Shown here piece after piece: positions 39,746 to 49,750 of a DNA stretch of 64,000 bases. Source of the DNA: Eledone cirrhosa (taxonomy: Eukaryota); assembly GCA_964016885.1 (NCBI GenBank), contig OZ024748.1, forward strand, positions 43,772,001 through 43,836,000, in the 5' to 3' direction. The notes under the pieces are model-generated. The model saw only the letters and a list, made by a program, of their open reading frames with translations, ran no database searches and had not been told where the DNA came from. The position numbers and the translations under genes were made by a program. Every line of letters begins with the position of its first letter. Position 1 is the stretch's first letter.

Positions 39746-41124
39746 CTGAATAGAAAGAATCTAGTTAGTTTCTATGGATACATATATCCATGTCAGGGCA
39801 CTTTCATTGTCTGAGAAGATGCTATCAGCTGTCTACACTGGTAAATATAGACAAACACAACAACAACACAGACAAACACACACAACATGTAGACAAACAC
39901 ACACACAACAACAGACAAACACACACACAACAGACAAACACACACACACAACAGCCAAACACACATACAACAGCCAAACACACACAAACACACAGACACA
40001 CAACATACAAACACACACACAACGACAAACACACACACAACGACAAACACACACACACACACACACACACACATAACGACAAACACAACACATGTGGACA
40101 TATGCAATCAGCAAAGAACGGTCGCGCTTTAAAATAGATTAATGTGAAATAGAGTGGTTTTCATTTCAAAACAGAAAAGAGAAAACCAAAAATACCGAGG
40201 AACCATTATTTTTAGCTCATAAACAATCAAGTGAAGCTAAATTTAGCATACGTTAGCCATAGATAATATGAAAGAGTAGTTTCAATATTTGAAACTCACC
40301 ACTGAATGGAGATGAATGGCTTCAAAGAGATGTGATAAAAATCTAACAGTAAATTATTATTTTATAATTAGCTTAACACTATATTAATTTGGAATAATTG
40401 CAACATTTAAACAATAGAATTGTTACCATATTGATGTTTAGAATATGGAAAAAAAAGAAAAGAAAAAGTAAATTGGTTATTTATTGGTGGGAGGTGTTTT
40501 AATAGATTAAACAGCGTCAACTAAAGCAATCAGATGCAATTAGGAGAGGAAATGCCAGTCTAATGGCGTTTTTCTCTTGGATACAATCTTGTCTTGCTAT
40601 TATCCTATTGTTGATGCCATCTTTAAACTGACATGCACAAAGCTGCAGGAATGTGATGACATTCCAAATATGGTCACTTCTGTCACTCTTAGATTGTAGC
40701 AGTGGAATAAACATGATAGACACTAAAGTTGTGTAGCAGATAGAATCGTCCTCCAAATGAAGGAAAATATACAACTACAACAGGAGACCTAGAGGACATT
40801 AAGATCAAAGATAAATGAGTTGAGAGTAAAATGATAAATTACTTGTGTTTTAATCAGCTCTGTATCAACCTGTTTGGCACATTTCGCAGAGGATTGGCTC
40901 AAGGTCACCCAAAGGCGTTATGGACCCAACTCAGAGCGATAACAGAGTTGGGTCTATAACTCCTTTGGGTGACCTTGAGCCGATCCTCAGTGGAACACGG
41001 ATACCAGGTCGATACACAAATCTTATACATGTAAACTAAACTTCCTCATGTTTTCTAATAGTCTGCCTGTGCCATAGAGTTTTGGTACAACCACCAAATA
41101 TTCACTGAATTACACTTTATATAT

Positions 41125-41183
<59 letters not shown>

Positions 41184-41229
41184 ATACACAAAATATAAAA
41201 CAATCAAATTTTAGTTTAATACATTTAAT

Positions 41230-41276
41230 TGCTGACAATTGTTTCTTCCAGATGGATGTCTAATATCATCAGAGCA
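41230..41276 (-). ncRNA. Minimal hammerhead-like motif, sense to Spire
   Basis: tgct-CUGAUGA-tattaga(catcca)tctggaa-GAAAC(aatt)GUC-agca; core intact, stem II weakened. Confidence 0.55.
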
Positions 41277-41486
41277 TACACAATGTTTAAAGAAGTAATT
41301 ATAATCCTAGTCTTCAGAAAATTGATAAAGCTACATTACTATTGACAGTGTCAGTGACCTCATATTGAAAAGCAGGAGAGTCAAAAAGATGTTATGTTAC
41401 AGGTAATTGGCTAGTGCTTAGTACCACCTTACATATTTATAATTGTATGTAACTCATAAGTATAAATATTATTATTACTATATATA

Positions 41487-41675
41487 GGCGGTGGATTGGT
41501 AGAATCGGTAGAGGATCAGACGCCATGCTTTCCAGCATAGTTACGTCCCTTTACGATCCGAGTTCAAATCCCGCCGAGGTTGACTTTGCCTTTCATCCTT
41601 ACGGGGTCGATAAAATAAAGTACGAGTAATGCACTGGGTAATTGCTGGCCTTGTGCTTAAAGTAGAAACAATTAT

Positions 41676-41678
<3 letters not shown>
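41487..41678 (+). mobile_element. Second SINE family (about 190 bp); another plus-strand copy at 54746-54937
   Basis: ggcggtggattggtagaatcggtag...gagttcaaatcccgccgaggttgactttgcctttcatcc...gtagaaacaattatta. Confidence 0.85.
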
Positions 41679-41729
<51 letters not shown>

Positions 41730-41750
41730 AAATTTCACTCTACAATAAAT

Positions 41751-42217
41751 GTAATCTGAGTTTTTTGAATATTAATAATAATATTCGATTCATTTACAAT
41801 TTTGCAAACAAGCCTCAATTTTATAGCCATGTCAGGAGAATGAACACTTCATTCTTGCTCTTGTGTTGGCATGTGAACAGAACTGCAGACACTAATGTTT
41901 CTGGGTATCACCCTTCATCATGCTAATATGCAGATCTGACTGATCAGCCAGTCTGCTAATATGCAAATCAGGCCGATCAGTCACTGCGTATTTTTGAAAA
42001 ATAGCATATATTTTCACTAGCTCTGACAGTTTGGCAGGTGAACAGTGAGCTGTACTGATGAAGGGTGATACCCGGAAACAGTGTCTGCAGTTCTGTTCAC
42101 ATGCCAACACAAGAGCAAGAATGAAGTGTTCATTCTACTGACATGGCTATAAAATTGAGGCTTGTTTGCAAAATTGCAAACGAATCTAATGTTATTAATA
42201 TTCGAAAAACTCAGATT

Positions 42218-42220
<3 letters not shown>
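41751..42220. repeat. Inverted repeat, about 165-bp arms and 135-bp spacer
   Basis: gtaatctgagtttt...cccttcatca pairs with tgatgaaggg...aaaactcagattac. Confidence 0.92.
42049..42091 (+). ncRNA. Minimal hammerhead-like motif
   Basis: gctgta-CUGAUGA-agggt(gat)acccg-GAAAC(agt)GUC-tgcagt; A-G mismatch at the base of stem II. Confidence 0.55.
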
Positions 42221-42246
<26 letters not shown>

Positions 42247-42248
<2 letters not shown>

Positions 42249-42662
42249 AAATAAAGTTAAATAAAAGTCAAATGATTAAAATTTAGCTTTGTTTATTACT
42301 GCTATATATATTTCAGTGACAGCCATCTTTGGCTGTGACCTCTTCGGGCAGTTTGAATTAGTATGGTATAGACAAGTACATATGTTGTTTAGGTGTATAA
42401 TATTGTCAATACTCTGATATGCCCAGTTCCTTGTTTGGTTGTTAATTCACTGAATTCAGTTAATTAACAACCAAACAAGGAACTGGGCATATCAGAGTAT
42501 TGACAATATTATACACCTAAACAACATATGTACTTGTCTATACCATACTAATTCAAACTGCCTGAAGAGGTCACAGCCAAAGATGGCTGTCACTGAAATA
42601 TATATAGCAGTAATAAGCGAAGCTAAATTTTAATCATTTGACTTTTATTTAACTTTATTTTA
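42247..42662. repeat. Near-perfect palindrome, 208-bp arms, no spacer
   Basis: Centred on actgaa|ttcagt at 42454/42455; four mismatches seen. Confidence 0.95.
42557..42611 (+). ncRNA. Type I hammerhead ribozyme candidate
   Basis: actgc-CUGAAGA-ggtcacagcca(aaga)tggctgtcact-GAAA-t(atat)-AUA-gcagt; 5-bp stem I; palindromic loop 3; predicted cut after 42606. Confidence 0.7.
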
Positions 42663-42778
42663 CACTACTCCGGAGTAACCAAACCAACCTGCGCACTTCG
42701 TCGAGTGCTCCAGCCTGCATACTGAGGTGTTGGTATACAACCAACATAAACTCAAAATCTATATATATATATATATAG

Positions 42779-42995
42779 TGAAGGCGTGTGGCTGAGTGGT
42801 TAGAGAATTGGATTCGCAATCGTAAGGTTGTGAGTTCGATTCCTGGACCAGGTGATGCGTTATGTCCTTCAGCAGGACACTTCATTTCACGTTGCTCCTT
42901 CTACCTGGAGTTGCGACCGATAGATAGTATTAGCAATTGGAAAGACCAACGGAAACATTGTTCCCTCGGTCCGATTTGACGAAAGTCGATCGTTC
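42779..42995 (+). mobile_element. Same SINE, third close copy
   Basis: gaaggcgtgtggctgagtggttagagaattgg...gagttcgattcctggacc...gaaagtcgatcgttcc. Confidence 0.85.
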
Positions 42996-43297
42996 CTTTA
43001 TATATATATATATATATATATTAAAGCCCCCATCCCCAAAACTAACAGAAGCTCTACATATAAAAAAGCAATATCTTAACAAAGACAAGAATATACTTGT
43101 CCTGAATTTGAATGGCAGAGTTGACCAAGAATTTAAACCTGTTTATACTGGGGACATATCAGGAATGTTAATTGGAAGGTCCACAAACAAGAAAAATTAA
43201 AAATACATAGGTATTTATTAAATTTTCATTTTAACATATTTAACAAAAAATAAGACACTTTCACTTTAGCCATAAAGCCTCTATTCTTGTGCTCCAC

Positions 43298-43656
<359 letters not shown>

Positions 43657-44310
43657 CCGAAAATATAAAGATTGTCCTGTACTTATCAAAATATCTATAA
43701 ACATTGTCCTGAGGTTCTGAAAATAATTACAAAAATTGTCCTGTATTTCTGAAAATATCACTCACTAACTTACCACATAAGACCATAGTCACCAACTTAC
43801 CACATAAGACCATAGTCACCAACTTACCACATAAGACCATAGTCACCAACTTACCGTACTATACAATGAAACAAAGTTACATTACTATTAACAGTTTCAA
43901 TATAAAACAATGGTTCACAAAGTATGACATGAAATATTTCTGGGGTTCTACAACATTAGGTTTTTAATAACATTTAAGGATTTATGAAGATTTCAAGGTA
44001 AACTTAAGGTAGATACAACTACAGTTTTTAACCTCTTCATTACCATATTTCTAATGAAAGGCATTGCTTATGTGTTTCAATTAGTTTTCAAAACAACATT
44101 TGGAGGAATCTAATAAAATAACTAAAATATTTAGAATATTACTCCAGAAAAATTTCTACAATAAAGTTATGGTGGAAAATTTTGTAATAAGGATAAACAT
44201 TTTTAAATCAGTGATTTTGTATTGTAAATCCAGGATAGTTTCAGGCAATTTGGTATCAAAGGGGTTACATTAAAAACCTTAGTTGTTTACAAAAGAGAGT
44301 TATAAATACC

Positions 44311-44500
44311 TTAACCCTTTAGCATTTACATTAAAGGCTTTATCTCACAATTGTCTCACATAATATCAAATCTACGAGATTTTGATATTTATTTTAAGAA
44401 TACCTTAACATTAGTATAAGTGTCCAGTTATGACCAGTTTGAACAGAAAGAGGTGAGAGAATTCTGGCCAGATATGGCCTGTTTAAATGCTAAAGAGTTA
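44311..44500. mobile_element. piggyBac-like MITE (TTAA-flanked); other copies about 6697-6914, 7100-7274, 14960-15173
   Basis: ttaa-ccctttagcattta ... taaatgctaaagag-ttaa; shared interior ttatctcacataatatcgaatctatgagattttga. Confidence 0.75.
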
Positions 44501-45045
44501 AGTTTACTTTAAAATATACAAATATATGCTATGTTCTAGCATAGATATGTATTAATAATTTTCTTTTCTTTTTTTATGAAAAAAAATCCTCTTTAAAACA
44601 ATTTGTTTTCTTTTCCAGTTAATGTTGTGTTGAACTTAGGGTGACAGAGATTAAAAAATCTAGGTAAGGTACTGTGTATTTGATTTTTAGAAAATCAAAT
44701 AAAAGTTTCATGATAAAATATATTTGGGAACCACTGCTATAGAAAAATATATTTGGATTATATAAGTTACCAGCAATATTATTGCTTTGGATGTTAGTGT
44801 CTCTATTGTAGCTCGAGTCAAACACCACCAACAAACCAACAAATATATAAAACATACCATTTAACATGCAATAAAATAACTTGGTGCCATGCAACATCTT
44901 CACATAATATACTATCATTCATATATATATACATCTATATAGAGAGAGATATATACATATAGGTATATACATATAGGCATATACATATAGATATATATAT
45001 AGAGATGGCAAATCAAATGTTACTACATAAAGCTTTAGTCATATA

Positions 45046-45580
45046 TACAATGTAACCTCAGTTCACGAACGCCTCTCATCACAAACAAATCGGTTCACAA
45101 ACAATTTTTCCAACCATAAAATGCCTCAGTTCACAAACAGTGTCTCAAGTAACAAACAGACAAGCTGGCAACAATGGTTGGCAACAAGCTAGGAGTACTG
45201 GTGGAAAAGCCTCACTTCCTGTGTAGTTAGTTACTATGGTGATATCTATGGTGATATCTATCTACTATGGTGACATCTAGCTATCTATCAGTGCCTCCAA
45301 GAGAAACTTTGCAGGGTGGTACAAGACCCCTTTGGGGCCTGAAGCAAGTAAAGATGTTTCTCACAATTGATGTTGCATGGTTGCTGTGTGTCCTTAGCTC
45401 TTGGGCCCCAAAACAAAGTACTGGCTGGACCCCACCCACCCCTTTCATAGGCTCTGCTCTCACACACAGTCTCACTCTTTCAACATTCTGTATGTGAAAA
45501 ATGGTTTCAGTTAACAAACATTTCAGGTGAGGAATGGCCTGCAGGAGTGAATAAAATTCATGAACCAAGGTTCCGCTGTA
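45046..45580. mobile_element. Tc1/pogo (Tigger-like) MITE; partial copies at about 61703-61800, 62077-62200, 63797-64000
   Basis: TA-flanked imperfect TIRs caatgtaacctcagttcacgaa / ttcatgaaccaaggttccgctg; interior shared with 63797-64000. Confidence 0.7.
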
Positions 45581-47289
45581 CATCAAAATATATTTTTTAG
45601 TTTGAAATAATTTGTTTTTCCCTTCACCTATATTTCATGATTCAAACAGGTTTCTAAGCAGCTCTTGGCTATTTTCTTAGTCTTACTTCCTTAGTCATTC
45701 TTTAGATTTTTCTAACATTTCTAAAGCCTTTGGCCTATCATTATTGTCTCATCTCTCACAACCTCCATTACCAAAACTGTTTTTTAGTGTTGAAGTATTT
45801 CATACAACACGTGATTTTATACAGCACATATTCCATGTGCATTATTGTTACATGTCAGGTGACAAGTATGTGTGTATGTGTGTGCCTGTGTGTGTATATG
45901 TGTATGCCTGTGTGTGTATATGTGTATGCCTGTGTGTATGTATATGTATGCCTGTGTGTGTGTGTATGTATGCCTATGTGAGTGTGTGTATGTATGACCG
46001 TGTGTGTGCGTGTGTATGTATGGCTGTGCGTGTGTATGTATATGTATGCCTGTGTGTATGTATTTGTATGTGTGTGTGTGAGTATGTGTACGCGTATATA
46101 TGTATATGTGTGTGCATGTCTGTGTGGCCTGAGTCACACATTGTTTTGTTAAACCCCCTCAGATAAATAAAATGGAAATTGCTCCACATATGCCTGAGGC
46201 CCTGTCCTTTGTTGTGTGCCCCCACCCCAGTAATCAAGAAGAGAATACTGACTTCAAAAACTTCAACACAAAAGTATTATTATACCCAGTGACCACATGT
46301 TACCATAACATGTCTTCTGTTAATGACTTACAATAAGTTGGCTTTTTATGACCATACTAGGAAGATTTTACTGTTGTACTAATGGACTAACTAATTTCCA
46401 GTGTTGATCCTGTGAGGGCTATGATAAAATACACCCAGTACACTCTGCAAAGTAGTATTTCTAATGTCACAATAAAATGCACCAGGTACACTCTGCAAAG
46501 TGACAGTGCTGGTACTTTGGTAAAATACACCCAGTACACTCTGTAAAGTGGAAGTGCTGGTGCCATGATAAAATACACCCAGTACACTCTACAAAATGGC
46601 AGTGCTGGTGTCACAATAAAATGTACCAGGTACATTCTGTAAAGTAATAAAAGTCATCATCATCGTTTAACATCTATCTTCCATGCTAGCATGGGTTAGT
46701 AGTGTTAATGCAAAGTGGTTGGCCATAGAAACCATGTCAAAATATGAAATGTATGAACAAGATGTGATTCTCAGACCTTTGTAACCCCAGACTGTGCTGA
46801 CCCAACGCCAGTATTAAAAACTAAACCCATGCTAGCGTGGAAGATAGACATTAAACGATGATGATGATGAACAGGGATAGGAATATCTCAATAGTGAAAA
46901 TATCTGTCTTTGTATTAAATATTAGTAGAAAGAAATTAGAAATTTTGCAGTGAATAACATTTATGTTGACTTTCTGACATTTTAAAGTTTCACGCGAGAT
47001 TAGACATTACTACAGGGAAAAACGGACGTAAAATGATGTTCATGATGATAAAGAAGAAATCACAAACTTGGAACAAGAAAACTATAAGTAAATCTAATAA
47101 GCTGAGATAATTCTTTCTACCATTGGTACAGGGCCAATAATTTGGGGGGAAGGAGGAAGTTGATTATATAAACCCCAGTACCTAACTGGTACTTTATTTT
47201 ACAGAATGCAGTAAAATTTGAACTAAACACTACAAAGTATTTTGTCTGACGCTTTACCAATATTGCAAACACAACACTATTAAGGTAAT

Positions 47290-47812
47290 AATAATTGTTT
47301 CTACTTATGGCACAAGGCCAGCAATTACCCCAGTGTATTACTGGTACTTTATTTTATCGACCCCATGAGGATGAAAGGAAAAGTTAACCTTGACGGGATT
47401 TTAACTCAGAACGTAAAGGGCCATAACTCTGGTAATAATTGTTTCTACCTTTGGTACAAGGCCAGCAATTATCCCAGTGTATTACTGGTACTTTATCTTA
47501 TCGACCCCATAAGGATGAAAGGCAAAGTTAACCCCGGCAGGATTTTAACTCAGATCGTAAAGGGCCGTAACTCTATGCTGCAAAGCATGGCGTCCAACCC
47601 TCTACCAATACTGCCAATATAATAATTGTTTCTACGTTAGGCACAAGGCCAGCAATCACCCAGTGTATTACTGGTACTTTATTTTATCGACCCCGTAAGG
47701 ATGAAAGGCAAAGTTAACCTCGGCGGGATTTGAACTCAGAATGGCAAGGGCCGTAACTCTATGCGTCAAAGCATGGCGTCCGACCCTCTACTGATACTGC
47801 CAATCCACCGCC
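47290..47812 (-). mobile_element. Three head-to-tail copies of the second SINE family
   Basis: Three units beginning ataattgtttctac...ggcacaaggccagcaatt. Confidence 0.85.
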
Positions 47813-47940
47813 TTTATAAGAATGGTTTCTGATTTAGGCACAGCATTTCTTCTCTTTTGGGATTAAATTTAGATTTAGATTTTAATTCTACCAAACAGTT
47901 CTATAAGCTCTAAGTCCAATTTGTACCTATATTTACATAC

Positions 47941-48096
47941 CTTCAGGTGTTGAAAGCCCATATTCATTAATATTACCGATAACTCCGCCACCTCCACCAC
48001 ATTTGTATAAAAAGACAATTATAGTTGAGAAAAATATCAAAGACTAAGTTTTAGGAATTCTTCTTTGTGAAATCTTTTGAAGAAATGGTGAAACAA
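47941..48096 (-). other. Candidate alternative exon of Spire (UTR plus MNMGFQHLK)
   Basis: ttctttag acceptor and AAG|gtatgt donor; last 9 codons start with ATG and are in phase 0; two in-frame stops upstream. Confidence 0.35.
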
Positions 48097-49663
48097 CTAA
48101 AGAATATAGAATGAGGCTGTTTCCATGGAAACAGTAGATCAGCTTTAAAACATAACAAATAACAGGAGGATGGGGGGGGAATGTTACCATTAAATAGAAA
48201 TATGATTTTTTAAAGAAGAAAGCATGAATGGTGCAGAGTCATGTTAGCAGAGTAAGTCAAGCAGAAAGAATTGAGAGGTTTATACACACACACACACACA
48301 CACACACAGAAAAGAAAAAAAAAGATTAACTGACAAAACTTTTAATAAAGTAAGTAGTAGTGGTTAGGAACTCTCAGGAGAGCTGGACAGCAGAAGGTCT
48401 TCAGAGAAGAAAGACCTGCTGCTGCCCAGATATTCTGATGGGTTAGATAAAATTTACTCCAGAGATAAAATATTAGAAAACATTTCCATACATAAACAAT
48501 ACAAAGAAGAGACATGAAACCCATGGTACATAGCTAAAATTTTAGCTCTGAAAAGGTTAGCTGTATATATTAAAATCTATGAAACCCATGGTAGAAAGCT
48601 AAAATTTTTACTCTAAAATGGTTAGCTGTAAAAACCATAAAAAAAACATGGTACAAAGCTAACATTTCAGCTCTGAAATGGTTAGCTGTAAAAACCATGA
48701 AACCCATGGTAGAAAATTAAAATTTTAGCTCTGAAATGAATAGTTAGCTGTGTATATTAGTAAGAAATTACTTTGGTAAAAATATAAATTATCAGTGCAG
48801 AGAGAAAGTGGAAAGTGCAGATGGAAAGAAGGTTTTGTATAAGAATAAGCTCTGGTTTGCAATCAAAGTTAAGGTACCAGTAACATGCTTAATGGAAGAA
48901 TTATCGTAGATAGAAATGAGACAAAAGCAAAGTCAGAAACATTTTTAAAAACTTTTAAAAGCCTCCAAAATGTTCCCGTTTGATATAAGCTTATGGGGGA
49001 TAGAAGTTTAGCTTTAACAGAGATATTTTGTTTTAGAAACCAAGTAAAGAGGGGCTGATGTATTATTGGAATGGTGGAAGGGATTTGGGGGATGTATTAT
49101 TAGAATGGTCAGAGGGATTTGGGGGGGATGTATTATTGGAATGGTGGGAGAGATTTGGAAGGATAGAATATTGTTTCTGAAAAATAAAAATAAGAATTTA
49201 AAGAATGAAACTTTGAAAAAAACCCAACAAATTAAGGAGGAAAATTGGGATACAAACCATAATCCCCACAATGTGTGTGTGTGTGTGCACATATGTCTGC
49301 ATGTGTCTGCCTGTATCTGTATGCATGTATGTACGTGTGTGTCTAGACGTATGTGTGTGCATGTATGCATGTATGTCCGTGTAAGTATGTGTGTATCAAT
49401 GTATGTGTATGTCTATATGTGTGCATGTGTGTGTGTGTGTGTGCATGTGTATGCATGTATGTGTGTGCATGTGTATGTGTATATGTGTGCATGTGTATGT
49501 GTATGTGCATGCGTGTGCGTGCGTGTTAGATCAACGTTCAATGTTAAAGAGAAGCAAAGTAAATAACAATGTTAATAATAATAATAATAATAGGATGTTT
49601 TTTTAAAAAGAAAATGTCCAAGCAAGAGTGGTGTTAGAAGAAAGATTGCTAACAATCACTTAC

Positions 49664-49750
49664 GGGATGTAGAGGGGGTCGTGATCTTATGAAATCCAGT
49701 ATCATGGTATGGGCATCATGTTTCACTTTTGGCGGAATGTCTCCATTTAC
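49664..49750 (-). CDS. spire: Spire coding exon, WH2-C
   Basis: atag acceptor and gtaagt donor; 87 nt, phase 0-0; [29 protein letters not shown], close to the vertebrate Spire motif VNGDIPP....[14 protein letters not shown]. Confidence 0.95.
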
